NCBI GenBank assembly: GCA_965662845.1
Contig: CBFIJD010000018.1
Span: forward strand, 8,073 to 56,148
DNA length: 48,076 nt
Direction: 5' to 3'
Source: an uncultured bacterium
Lineage (GTDB): Bacteria > SAR324 > NAC60-12
Below the pieces are notes generated by a model. That model ran no database searches, was not told the DNA's origin, and saw only the letters and a program-made list of their open reading frames with translations. Position 1 is the first letter of the stretch. Every line of letters starts with the position of its first letter. The position numbers and the translations under genes were made by a program. Shown here piece by piece: positions 18,016-27,767 of the stretch.

Positions 18016-19746
18016 GTGGTCAAAAAGCGCAGTAATATAAGTTATTCACTTCAAGCACAGCGAAGAGCCACCGTGAAAAAGAACAAGAATCGCAAGAAAG
18101 GTTCGGAGAGCGAACTGAAATTTCACGAAGTCCCAGTCAATCCAACCAATTTAGGAGCCAGCTCTGCTCCGTCTGACGCGATCTGGCGGAATTTCGCCTT
18201 GCTTCACAAAATGCAGTCCGACGCCCAAGAGGGAGAGGAGAAAAACATGTTTTGGCCGAGCGCAAACTTGAAGTTCATCTTTGGGATGAAGCTTCGCAAC
18301 TATCGGCAAGAGCGCGGCTATTCGCTGAAGCAGCTGGCGGAGAAGACGGGCCTCTCAGTCTCGTATATCAATGAGATTGAGAAGGGGAAGAAGTATCCCA
18401 AAGCAGAGAAGATTCTGCTGCTGGCGAAGGGGCTCGAGATCCCTTATGACGACTTGGTCTCGCTGCACATGAACCAAGGGATGGGGTCGATGATGGAAGT
18501 GCTCAACTCCTCGGTGCTGAGCGCGTTTCCCTTCCAACTCTTTGGGATTTCAATGGAAAACATCATGGAGTTGTTTTCTCATTCGCCCAAGAAGACGACC
18601 GCGCTCTTCAATACGCTAGTCGAGATTGCGCGCACGTACGACGTGGATATGGAGTCGTTTTTTCTCGCTTCGCTGCGCTCGTATCAGGAGATGCACGACA
18701 ACTACTTTGAAGACTTGGAATCCGAGGTCGATAAATTCATAGAAGACCACCACTTAGAAGGCTTCCCACCGCTCAACAACGAGAAGATCGAAGCGCTGCT
18801 CAAGGAACTTAAGGTCGACGTAATTACAACCGACTTCGCAGACTATCCCGAACTGCGAGAGCAGCGCGAAGTCTACCTGCCAGGGAAGCCTGCTCAATTA
18901 TTGTTGAACAGTCGTTTAGTCCCAGAGCAGCGCACCTTCCTGACCGCGTTGCAGCTCGGCTATCGCGTCCTCAAACTTTCTGACGAACAGAGAACGACCC
19001 CGTGGCTCAAAATTGAATCGTTCGACCAATTGATGAATCACTTCAAGGCTTCCTACTTTGCTGGCGCGCTGCTGATTAGCCGTTATCAATTAGAAGAAGA
19101 CTTGCGGCAGTTCTTCCGACAACCGACATGGAATCCGCAAGGTTTGCTCGACCTCCATGCGCGCTATGAGGCGACGCCAGAGATGATGCTGCACCGGATG
19201 AGTCAGGTGTTGCCCGGCTTGTTTGGAATCAAAGAGTTGCACTTTCTGCGGTTTGATCACGAGCAACCTCTAAATCACTTTCGTTTGACAAAAGAGCTGA
19301 ACCTGCCAAGAGTGTTGGTTCCCAGCGGAAGTGGGGTCGACGAGCACGTGTGCCGGCGCTGGCTACCCATTACGCTGCTCAAAGAGTTCGAGCGCTCACG
19401 CACCAAATTGCAGCCGCCGGAGGTGATCGTGAGCGCCCAGCGCGCGCGGTTTCTAAACCAAAAAGAAGTATTATTTTTCTCGCTTGCCCGCTCCCTGCGT
19501 CTGACTCCAGGAATGAACCGCAGCATCAGCCTAGGTTTGCATGTGGATGACAGCGTGCGAGACCTCGTTCGCTTTTTGGAAGACGACCGCATCCCAGTGA
19601 TGACTGTCAATGAAACTTGCGAACGTTGCCCGTTGTCAGAAGCCGAATGTTCTGATCGTGATGCCCCGCCAATTGTCTTCCGCAAAGAACGGATGCTCGA
19701 GCTGCGTTCCCGAGAGCTGGAGCGACTTCACAAAGACCTACACTAA
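18016..19746 (+). CDS. XRE-family (RamB/ScfR-like) regulator with peptidase-like middle domain and C-terminal CxxC
   Basis: HTH SLKQLAEKTGLSVSYINEIEKGKKYP; C-terminal TCERC...C; divergent from aceA; the true start may be ATG 18247 (GAGGAG upstream). Confidence 0.85.
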   Translation: MVKKRSNISYSLQAQRRATVKKNKNRKKGSESELKFHEVPVNPTNLGASSAPSDAIWRNFALLHKMQSDAQEGEEKNMFWPSANLKFIFGMKLRNYRQERGYSLKQLAEKTGLSVSYINEIEKGKKYPKAEKILLLAKGLEIPYDDLVSLHMNQGMGSMMEVLNSSVLSAFPFQLFGISMENIMELFSHSPKKTTALFNTLVEIARTYDVDMESFFLASLRSYQEMHDNYFEDLESEVDKFIEDHHLEGFPPLNNEKIEALLKELKVDVITTDFADYPELREQREVYLPGKPAQLLLNSRLVPEQRTFLTALQLGYRVLKLSDEQRTTPWLKIESFDQLMNHFKASYFAGALLISRYQLEEDLRQFFRQPTWNPQGLLDLHARYEATPEMMLHRMSQVLPGLFGIKELHFLRFDHEQPLNHFRLTKELNLPRVLVPSGSGVDEHVCRRWLPITLLKEFERSRTKLQPPEVIVSAQRARFLNQKEVLFFSLARSLRLTPGMNRSISLGLHVDDSVRDLVRFLEDDRIPVMTVNETCERCPLSEAECSDRDAPPIVFRKERMLELRSRELERLHKDLH

Positions 19747-19768
19747 CTCCCTGCCAAACGAGAAGTAC

Positions 19769-20362
19769 ATGCGCTGTTTTTTTGATGTGGATGGAGTGAT
19801 GCTAGATTTTGAGAGCAGCTACCTCCGCGCAATTCGCGAATATTTTCAATTAGAAATCCCTTACGACTACCAGACCTCCTCTTGGGATTTCTCGGAAGTG
19901 CTAACCGAGCAGCAGCAGATGGAAGGCTGGGAATACTTCATCAACAGCGACTATTTTCGACAGCTCGAAGGGCTCATCGCCGCAGAGCAATTCAACGCAG
20001 TATTTGGGGCATATCCCGTGCATTTCGTGACAAATATTCCACCGACATATCTAGAGGCTCGCCGCGAAAATTTGCGCAATCTTGGATACGAATTTGAGTC
20101 GCTGCACTCAGGTGGTTTTCTCTCGTTTGATGAGCAACCGCCCCGCACAAAGTCTATGGTGATCGCAGACATGATCATCCCACAGGAGAAAGTCCTATTT
20201 GTTGATGATCATCCAAAGAATTGTGTGGATGTGCAGGATCGTTTTCCAGAAGCGGATGTGTGGTTGATGAGTCGGCCTTTCAACCGTGACTTTTCACACC
20301 CGACCATCCAACGCGCGGAACATTGGGACCAAATTGTCGCAGCGCTGCCTACCACCAAGTAA
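19769..20362 (+). CDS. HAD-superfamily hydrolase, 5'(3')-nucleotidase-like
   Basis: Motif I FDVDGVM, motif II VT, motif IV FVDD. Confidence 0.8.
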   Translation: MRCFFDVDGVMLDFESSYLRAIREYFQLEIPYDYQTSSWDFSEVLTEQQQMEGWEYFINSDYFRQLEGLIAAEQFNAVFGAYPVHFVTNIPPTYLEARRENLRNLGYEFESLHSGGFLSFDEQPPRTKSMVIADMIIPQEKVLFVDDHPKNCVDVQDRFPEADVWLMSRPFNRDFSHPTIQRAEHWDQIVAALPTTK

Positions 20363-20383
20363 CAGGTCTCTGGCTAAGCATCT

Positions 20384-21307
20384 ATGAAATCACGAACTGT
20401 CTCCGCACTACGGACACTGGGTGTCGCTGCCTGCTCTTGGTTTCTCTCCCTCTCCCCCTCTCTCGCTCAAGAAAATCCCCCCGAAGCGCAACAACAGGGG
20501 CAGCCCGCCTTGGGTATCATCCGGCTGAGCTTCTTTGAGCTAAACGTACAGACTTTCCTCTCTAGCGCCGAGCATCCTTTTTATCAAATGACCAAATTCA
20601 ACGGCTTCGAAGGAGGAGCTGGCTCGCGGAATCTCACCTTAGACTGGGACTACGAGAAATTTTTGACGCTTGGTGGAGATGAGGATGGGCACGAGGAAAT
20701 CGAGGACGATGTACAGCGAATTTTGCATGCTTTGCCGCCATTCTATCTGGAGTACATCATCCCAACTAATATGTTCGTCGCAGTAAGTCTAATGGGCGGT
20801 TACACTCAGACATATCTGACCGATGACGAGGCTGGAAATCCTCAAAAAAACAGCAATACGAAGGTATATCCGATCATTCGATTGCGCTCGCATTACTACA
20901 TGGGTGGGGGGAATATTTACTTCACGGGGATGCCAGAACCAGGCGGTACGGACATTTTTTTCGGGGTGGGCGCAATGGTGATCCAAAATACGCTGCGAGC
21001 CGGCGTGCGACGCACGATTTTTGATACGCTTCCTGCAGAAGAAGTCACGGAGTTGAGCGCCTCAGGGGGAACTGCTTTTTTTCGTAGACTGGGCCTTGCT
21101 CTGAATGGCCAAAGCTATGGCTTCACGCTCGATTTTCTCTTCGTTGATGATTCCCAAGTGGTAGATAACCCTTTCAGTAAAGGGGTCGGTGGAGTGACTC
21201 CTACCGAATTTTTAGACGCTTACGGCAACTTAGGTTCCGCTCTGCCAGGCAAGGTGAGTTTAGAAGGTGCGCTGATGCGAGCATCCGCAACGTACACCTT
21301 CTTCTAG
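20384..21307 (+). CDS. Secreted, probable outer-membrane beta-barrel hypothetical protein
   Basis: Signal peptide ending SLA; terminal ATYTFF resembles a beta-signal. Confidence 0.7.
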   Translation: MKSRTVSALRTLGVAACSWFLSLSPSLAQENPPEAQQQGQPALGIIRLSFFELNVQTFLSSAEHPFYQMTKFNGFEGGAGSRNLTLDWDYEKFLTLGGDEDGHEEIEDDVQRILHALPPFYLEYIIPTNMFVAVSLMGGYTQTYLTDDEAGNPQKNSNTKVYPIIRLRSHYYMGGGNIYFTGMPEPGGTDIFFGVGAMVIQNTLRAGVRRTIFDTLPAEEVTELSASGGTAFFRRLGLALNGQSYGFTLDFLFVDDSQVVDNPFSKGVGGVTPTEFLDAYGNLGSALPGKVSLEGALMRASATYTFF

Positions 21308-21310
21308 CCT

Positions 21311-21499
21311 TCAAATTCCGCTTCCAAGCCGTTCTTCGAGCATTGTCTCGTAGAATGCGTCCCGCATTACATTGACGACTAATAGCTCGTTACAAGTCTT
21401 CGATTGCTCCTCAAGCACATCTAAACTTTGAGAAATAGTTAGATGCTGTTGGGTTAAACGTTCCAGTTTTCCCATCATTCTTCGCAGAGTAAGTGACAT
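21311..21499 (-). CDS. Small helical hypothetical protein (62 aa)
   Basis: Strong RBS AAGGAGG 4 nt before the ATG; fills the gap between genes. Confidence 0.7.
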   Translation of the reverse strand: MSLTLRRMMGKLERLTQQHLTISQSLDVLEEQSKTCNELLVVNVMRDAFYETMLEERLGSGI

Positions 21500-21664
21500 A
21501 TTGCCTCCTTAGAAAATAGCCTGATTTCGTCCCGTTACACCATGTTCCTGCACCGGAAGAAACGCAGTTTTCCGGCTTCTTATTTGCCAGTCTGCAGAGG
21601 GTGTGCCACACGCTGGAAGATGAGGTGAGCCACGCAACACCAAGTCGCGTGGCGGAGTAAGAGG

Positions 21665-23329
21665 TTAGGAGTTTACGGGGCGACGAAAATGGAATACGCC
21701 CCAGACGAGATAGCCGTTGCGGCCACCGTCCACCCAGCGCTGGAGGCCGAGTTTCATACGTCTCAAATAATCTTCGCTCACATGCTGACGCAACGTGGCT
21801 TCTCGCCGTTCGGTTTCTTCTAAGACACGCTGGTAGTGATGGATCAGCTGGGGGGTGTAGTCATGAAAATCTTTCTCCACGAATCCCAACTCTTGAAGCT
21901 GCTCTCGATAGAAAGCGGGCGACCCTAAGCTCTCTAAATGAATACGCTCTAAGATCGGCTGCAAAACTCCTTCAGGGCAGTCATCGGTTTGCATGATGTC
22001 AGAGAAGACCAGCTCGCCACCAGGACGAAGAACCCGCTGCATCTCTTCCAAAACGCTCTGACGGCTCCCGCTGTGCAGGAGCGCGTCCTGCGACCAAATT
22101 ACGTCGAACGTGTCCTCAGGGAAGGGGACTTCCTCAAACGAACCCGCTTCCACACGAATCAAATGCTCTAGTTTCGCCATGCGATTCTTCTGGCGATTGC
22201 GCTCGTTTTCGACCTCGCTGAGGTTGAGGCACGTCACCCGACAGTGATAGTTCTGAGCCAGAAAGCGCGCAGCCCCGCCATAGCCCGAACCCAAATCCAG
22301 CACATGCGAGTTGACCCCTAATTTGTTGAGACAGTCAGCCATGAACTGATCGGTTTTCTGGCTCGCCTCAGCGATAGAGTCTCCCTCTTCATACAATCCA
22401 ATGTGGATGTCTTCACCGCCCCACACGTGAAAATAGAAGTTGTCGGCGTCGTTGCTGTTGTAGTAATTCCGCGCGACATTCACGGTCCCGGAGTATTCAT
22501 TGTCAGCCGCTGGTTTTTTTGGTTCGACGTAACGTTTCTCTGCGAGATGCACGAAAAAATCGGGCTCTTCTTCGCGATAGGTCTCCTGAAAGTCTCCAAA
22601 GGTTTGCACGCTCTGGAAACCCACCTGCGTCATCAGGTCACGCACATACTCCCGTCGTAGCGGGAACATGTTCAGATGAAACTCAGAGCGATCAGGAAAG
22701 CAGTATTTGAAGCGCGCTAACCCCTCATCGACGTATTCTGGATAGACGCTCACTTGGTCGCCGCAATAGTAGTATGTGTGCTTGCTAGAGTAGCCTTGAT
22801 CCATGATCGCGTCGTAGTTGCGTTGATCTAAGATCAAAACCCCATCGTGACGTAAGACCGCATAAAACTCGGCGAGGGCTTTGCGACGATCTCGTTCGGC
22901 GTGCAAGTGCGTGAAGGAGTTTCCTAAGCAGATCACAGCGTCAAACTTCTCGTGAACATCACGATTGAGCCAACGCCAATCTGCATGGACTGTCTTGAGA
23001 ATCAGCCCGTGTTCGCGAGCATTGTCGAACGCTCGAGCGAGCATCTCCGGAGCACCATCCGCGCTGACGACCTCAAAGCCATGACGCAGTAGCTGCACGG
23101 AGTGATATCCCGTCCCCGTAGCGGCATCGAGCACCTTGTGAGCGCCTCGCTCTTTGAGCAAGCGGATAAAGAAATCCCCTTCGCTTTGCGAGCGACGCTC
23201 CCAGTCAATCAACTCATCCCATTTGTTCACAAATGAGCGGACATATTCCTTCTGGTAGTGGTTCGTTTCACGGACTTTGATCGGGTTCTTACCATACTCC
23301 TGTTGAGTGGGCGTTTCGGGACGTTGCAT
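21665..23329 (-). CDS. Fused glycine/sarcosine + sarcosine/dimethylglycine N-methyltransferase (de novo glycine betaine synthesis)
   Basis: GSMT half (KWDELIDW, LDAATGTG, CLGNSFTHL, DQRNYD) and SDMT half (YFHVWGGEDIHIGLY, LDLGSGYGGAAR, WSQDALLH). Confidence 0.92.
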   Translation of the reverse strand: MQRPETPTQQEYGKNPIKVRETNHYQKEYVRSFVNKWDELIDWERRSQSEGDFFIRLLKERGAHKVLDAATGTGYHSVQLLRHGFEVVSADGAPEMLARAFDNAREHGLILKTVHADWRWLNRDVHEKFDAVICLGNSFTHLHAERDRRKALAEFYAVLRHDGVLILDQRNYDAIMDQGYSSKHTYYYCGDQVSVYPEYVDEGLARFKYCFPDRSEFHLNMFPLRREYVRDLMTQVGFQSVQTFGDFQETYREEEPDFFVHLAEKRYVEPKKPAADNEYSGTVNVARNYYNSNDADNFYFHVWGGEDIHIGLYEEGDSIAEASQKTDQFMADCLNKLGVNSHVLDLGSGYGGAARFLAQNYHCRVTCLNLSEVENERNRQKNRMAKLEHLIRVEAGSFEEVPFPEDTFDVIWSQDALLHSGSRQSVLEEMQRVLRPGGELVFSDIMQTDDCPEGVLQPILERIHLESLGSPAFYREQLQELGFVEKDFHDYTPQLIHHYQRVLEETERREATLRQHVSEDYLRRMKLGLQRWVDGGRNGYLVWGVFHFRRPVNS

Positions 23330-23757
23330 GGTCAATCCTTTCTTGGGTAGAAAGGGAAGCGGCAGAGTCAAAGGCAAATAAAGAGAGAGCAGCAGACGAT
23401 TCTTGCGTCTTCATCCTGAAGACAAATCGAAGGCGGGAAGAGCCTGCTCGTGTGGTGCGCAGGCCTTGCTGAAAATAGCGGGCAATCGGACAGGTCAGGT
23501 GACCCGATGGAAGATACATAGGGGGAAAAACTCCACATTCAGAAGCCTTTCTCCGTAGGACAGTGTTGGTCGAAACGACAAAAGCCACCGCTTCCCGTAA
23601 TTTGTTGTGATTTGTTCGACGCTTTAGCACTGATTACCCCGTGAGAACTCTCTATAGTGTGGTCGCTTCGGTTGAAGCGAGGGCAACCATAGCAAACCGT
23701 CCTATAAATGCAACGAAGTGGGCGAGATTTCAGGTGCTCAGGGGGTGTTGAAGGCGA

Positions 23758-25029
23758 CTATTTGTGCTGAATTTGCGGCCAGTAGGTCGAGAAGTCAAAC
23801 GTGGGGGAGTGGCTGCCCTGATGACAAGAGGCACAAGCTTGGCGTGGGTCACGGGGAGGGTGACTCAGCGGATTTTTGAGGTGGGCGCGCGCTGGGCCAT
23901 GGCAGTTTTCGCACTGAACATTGGCGAGGTGCGGAGTGAGCTGGGTGCTGAGAAAGCCGCGCTCGTGCAGTCCGACCACATGACACTCCAAACACTCTGG
24001 ATCAAAGTCTTTGCCAATCTTTGCCAGCGTCGCGAGCGCGGTGCTGTGGGCGCTAGCTTCCCAGCTGGCGTGCGCTTCTGCGTGACACGTCGAACAGGCT
24101 GCGTTGCCAACAAAGGGCGACTCCGATTTGTGTTGATTCATGCGCTTGAGTCCGCTCAGAAACATCTCTTTAACCTCAGCATCATATTTGGCAAAGAGTG
24201 GCGCGACGGCTCCCCAGTCTTTGATGTCACGACGCAGCCAGCGAACCTCAAGCTGAGGTTGAGTAATCTGGCCATGAAACAGGCCCTGTCCCTTGGTGGG
24301 GATCATCTGTAAGGTGACACTCGCGGTGGCAAACTCTGTGACCTGATGGAGTTCGTCGTCGTTGGTGCTTCCCACCAAAATTCGCTCGAATTTTCCACTT
24401 TTCTGAAACAGCTCCGCCTCGTTTGGGGTTCCACGAAAGAGGAGAACGCGCTTTGCATTGGGACTCATTTCGGCTTCCCAAGCACGCAACAGCTCGTCGG
24501 TTGCTGCCTGAAAGAGCGGGGTTTCATTCTCATTTTGATAGAGCAGCGAAGGTGAGACGAAGCCCCACACCTCCCATGTTTGCCCGTCAATGGTTTTCCG
24601 ATATGTGCGCTGGACGGGTAGCGTGCGGGTGTTGCTGAGCAAGTAGGGTAGCTCCGTGTCCCAGGTGGCGAGGCCATAATTCCATTCGTGAGGGCCGGGC
24701 AGAATGACGTCTGGGGTCAGCTGATGAAAGGCTTGTTGGATCAATTTTAGCTTCAGGTGGCCTTGCGCCGATGGCTCAGGAAAGTTGTTGCCTAAATCTA
24801 AGTACAGCAGCTCATCGTGTTGTTGTCGCCACTCGGCGAGAAGAGTCCCGCGTCGTTGCAAGCCCCCCATGTCGCCCTCTTCCGCGCAGCCGCAGGGTTT
24901 GATCTCGCCGCGCAAATCTCCCGAGACGACGAGCAAAGGTTCGGCCCACGCGGGCGACAGCCCAACGCAGACAAATAAGAGAGCGCAGAGAAGGTTAAGC
25001 AAACTGAAACAGTTGTTGTGCGTTTTCAT
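23758..25029 (-). CDS. UshA-like domain fused to tetraheme c-type cytochrome
   Basis: Signal peptide; GEIKPCGC...GGLQRR and LDLGN; four CxxCH motifs (CSTCH, CLECH, CENCH, CASCH). Confidence 0.85.
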   Translation of the reverse strand: MKTHNNCFSLLNLLCALLFVCVGLSPAWAEPLLVVSGDLRGEIKPCGCAEEGDMGGLQRRGTLLAEWRQQHDELLYLDLGNNFPEPSAQGHLKLKLIQQAFHQLTPDVILPGPHEWNYGLATWDTELPYLLSNTRTLPVQRTYRKTIDGQTWEVWGFVSPSLLYQNENETPLFQAATDELLRAWEAEMSPNAKRVLLFRGTPNEAELFQKSGKFERILVGSTNDDELHQVTEFATASVTLQMIPTKGQGLFHGQITQPQLEVRWLRRDIKDWGAVAPLFAKYDAEVKEMFLSGLKRMNQHKSESPFVGNAACSTCHAEAHASWEASAHSTALATLAKIGKDFDPECLECHVVGLHERGFLSTQLTPHLANVQCENCHGPARAHLKNPLSHPPRDPRQACASCHQGSHSPTFDFSTYWPQIQHK

Positions 25030-25759
25030 TGGTTTGTTCGGCGAGTTGTTCAAGGGGGATTTCTAACCAAGTTGCCAAAAATTCGGCAATGATAGGTATC
25101 CGAGACGGATCGTTGGGTTTGCCGCGGAAAGGAATCGGCGCGAGAAAGGGAGAATCAGTCTCTAAGATGATGCTTGAGAGCGGGACTACCTTCAGCGTGT
25201 CACGTAAGTCTTGGGCATTTTTGAAGGTGACAATGCCGTTGACGCCCAGCAGCCAGCCCATCTCGACCATTTGTTGGGCCATCGCGCAGGAGCCTGTGAA
25301 ACTGTGAGCGACCCCTCGTCGAGAGACGGAGTGGTCTTTCAAAATGCGCAGCGTGTCTTCTTCGGCGTCACGTGTGTGCAGGACGACAGGTAACTGTAAC
25401 CTCTCGGCTTGTTGCAGCTGCGCACAAAAGGCTTCCTGCTGCACCTCTCTCTCTGCGTACATGTAATGGTAGTCAAGCCCCGTCTCTCCGACAGCGACGA
25501 TCCGCTCGCGTGTGGCTTGCTCTTCAATTTGTTGAGCGACGGCAGCGCTATATTGGGCGGCGTCGTGCGGGTGAATGCCGAGCGCGCCATAGACACGTTC
25601 GTGCTCGCCCGCGGTCTGTGTCACGAAATCCAGAGATTCCGCGTCAACAGCGATGGTCAGTAGTTTCTGCACTCCGGCGTCTGACGCCCGCTGTAAGGCC
25701 TCAGGCACCGTCCATGTGAGCTTGTCCAAGTGACAATGCGTCTCAATAAAACTTGTCAT
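24995..25759 (-). CDS. tatD: TatD family nuclease
   Basis: ETHCHL, GIHPH, GETGLDY, HTRDAE, ETDSPFLAP. Confidence 0.95.
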   Translation of the reverse strand: MTSFIETHCHLDKLTWTVPEALQRASDAGVQKLLTIAVDAESLDFVTQTAGEHERVYGALGIHPHDAAQYSAAVAQQIEEQATRERIVAVGETGLDYHYMYAEREVQQEAFCAQLQQAERLQLPVVLHTRDAEEDTLRILKDHSVSRRGVAHSFTGSCAMAQQMVEMGWLLGVNGIVTFKNAQDLRDTLKVVPLSSIILETDSPFLAPIPFRGKPNDPSRIPIIAEFLATWLEIPLEQLAEQTNENAQQLFQFA

Positions 25760-25832
25760 AATTTAGAAGATGAATAGGATAAAAAGTTTTAGAACAACAC
25801 GTCTCCTTCCACGGTATCGACAACAACTCTTT

Positions 25833-26141
25833 ATGGTCAATGCAAAACGAGTGGGGCAAGCCCTTTTGCTGGGATGCTTGCTAGGCAGCGTGAGCGGTTG
25901 TTTTCGAGCGCAGATCTACCACGACGCTGCCCCTTTGCGAGAAACTCCTGATGCCGAGTTGCGACAGGTGAGCACCCTCTTCGCTTCTACCGAACTGGAA
26001 GAAGCTGCCGAGCTGCGTACGGTTTGTCCAAGCGGCGTGTCACGCGTGGAGGTGAAACAGACCGCAGGAGATGGCGCATTTCACTACCTGACACTGGGGA
26101 TGTACAGCCCTCAAACCTTACGAGTTTGGTGCAAACGCTAA
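25833..26141 (+). CDS. Bor/Iss-family lipoprotein
   Basis: Lipobox VSGC; VCPSGVSRVE...LTLGMYSPQT.RVWC pattern typical of the Bor family. Confidence 0.7.
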   Translation: MVNAKRVGQALLLGCLLGSVSGCFRAQIYHDAAPLRETPDAELRQVSTLFASTELEEAAELRTVCPSGVSRVEVKQTAGDGAFHYLTLGMYSPQTLRVWCKR

Positions 26142-26238
26142 ATTTGATCTCACGAACAAATCTATCTCCGGCGCCCGATCGCCGGCCTTCCTCGCGATTC
26201 CCCCTGCCGCTTTGGTGATTACGATAGGAGAAAATGGA

Positions 26239-26964
26239 ATGTCTCTGAACACTCCAATTAAGGAACTCTGTGCCCGGTTAGGCTATCAGTTCCGTCAGCC
26301 GGACTTGCTGCAACAGGCGCTCACGCACAAGTCTTATGTGCAAGACGCCGGCGCGCGCGGAGGAAGAAACAATGAGCGCTTCGAGTTTTTAGGAGATGCT
26401 GTCCTCGACTTGATCATTAGTGAAATGTTGATGGAGCGCTTTCCCGATCTACCAGAAGGAGGACTGTCGAAGCTGCGCGCGGGGCTGGTCAATGAGAGCG
26501 GCCTGCGGCGCATCGCGCACTCGCTCGATCTGGGACAGTATCTGCTGATGGGGAAAGGCGAAGAGATGACAGGGGGGCGACAGAAAGCTTCGCTGTTGGC
26601 CGACGCCGTGGAAGCGCTGTTCGCCGCCGTTTATTTGGACAGCCGTGAGACACATGGCGTGCAAGAAGTCACACGACTCGCGCGCAATTTGTTCGGCCCC
26701 GAGCTGCCCGACCGAGCCGAAGACTTGGCGGTGCGGGACTTCAAATCCGAGCTGCAAGAGTATGTGCAAAAACATTTTGGGGTGCTCGTCACCTATGAGT
26801 TGGTTCGGCAAACCGGACCCGACCATCAAAAAGAATTTGAGATGGCCGCTTTGATTGAACAAAAAGAGTATGGACGTGGAACAGGCAAAAGTAAGAAACA
26901 AGCCGGTCAAATGGCCGCAAAGCAAGCGCTTGAATATATCTCGAAACAAACGAACGAAGCCTAA
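26239..26964 (+). CDS. rnc: Ribonuclease III
   Basis: ALTHKS, NERFEFLGDAVL, ADAVEA, and C-terminal dsRBD (DFKSELQE...GKSKKQA). Confidence 0.97.
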   Translation: MSLNTPIKELCARLGYQFRQPDLLQQALTHKSYVQDAGARGGRNNERFEFLGDAVLDLIISEMLMERFPDLPEGGLSKLRAGLVNESGLRRIAHSLDLGQYLLMGKGEEMTGGRQKASLLADAVEALFAAVYLDSRETHGVQEVTRLARNLFGPELPDRAEDLAVRDFKSELQEYVQKHFGVLVTYELVRQTGPDHQKEFEMAALIEQKEYGRGTGKSKKQAGQMAAKQALEYISKQTNEA

Positions 26965-26965
26965 T

Positions 26966-27727
26966 ATGGGCGAAAACCGAACCGATCCCGAAGGCGCTGT
27001 CCGCATTCAGAAGGTCATGTCGCAGACGGGCGTGGCCTCTCGCCGTGCAGCGGAGCGCATGATCTTAGAAGGCCGCGTGGTCTTGAATGGACAAGTGGTC
27101 ACCGAGCTGGGACGCCGCATGGTGCGGGGGCGCGATCACTTGGTGGTCGATGGCAAGCGCATCAACACCGAGGCAAAGCAGACCAGCACAATCTACGCAT
27201 TGTACAAGCCTAGGAATTGCATCACTTCACTCAATGATCCCGAAGGCAGAAAGACGATCGTGGATTTCTTCCCTCGCAAGGCAAAGCGATTGTTCCCCGT
27301 CGGGCGCTTAGACTACGACGCAGAAGGCCTTCTGTTGCTCACTAATGATGGCGATCTGGCGAACCGTATCATTCACCCGCGCTTCAAAATTCCCAAAAGC
27401 TACTTTGTGAAGGTCAAAGGATTGGTGCAACACCACGATCTGGAACCACTGCGTAAAGGCCCCGTGATCCAAGGGCGACCGCATCAGCCAGTCAAGTGCA
27501 AGATCTTGCATCAACGAGGCGAAAAGACCTGGCTGGAAGTGATTTTGCACGAAGGAACCAACCAGCAAATCAAGAAGATGTTCCTAGGCATCGGGTTTCC
27601 GGTGCAGAAGATTAAACGCTTCCGCATCGGCAACATCGACCTAGGCTGGCTGAGACCCGGAGAGTCTCGCGCGCTTTCCGCTGAAGAACGACAACGCCTG
27701 CTCGAAATGACAGGCGGTACTACGTAA
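26966..27727 (+). CDS. rluB: RsuA/RluB-family pseudouridine synthase
   Basis: S4 domain (GVASRRAAERMI) and GRLDYDAEGLLLLTNDG. Confidence 0.9.
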   Translation: MGENRTDPEGAVRIQKVMSQTGVASRRAAERMILEGRVVLNGQVVTELGRRMVRGRDHLVVDGKRINTEAKQTSTIYALYKPRNCITSLNDPEGRKTIVDFFPRKAKRLFPVGRLDYDAEGLLLLTNDGDLANRIIHPRFKIPKSYFVKVKGLVQHHDLEPLRKGPVIQGRPHQPVKCKILHQRGEKTWLEVILHEGTNQQIKKMFLGIGFPVQKIKRFRIGNIDLGWLRPGESRALSAEERQRLLEMTGGTT

Positions 27728-27767
27728 ATCAGCATCCTCACCTGCAACCTGTGTAGCGAAACCCGAC

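Noticed and set aside
24880..24900. Possible selenocysteine in the UshA-like CGC motif
   Set aside because: Both codons are TGC; no in-frame TGA
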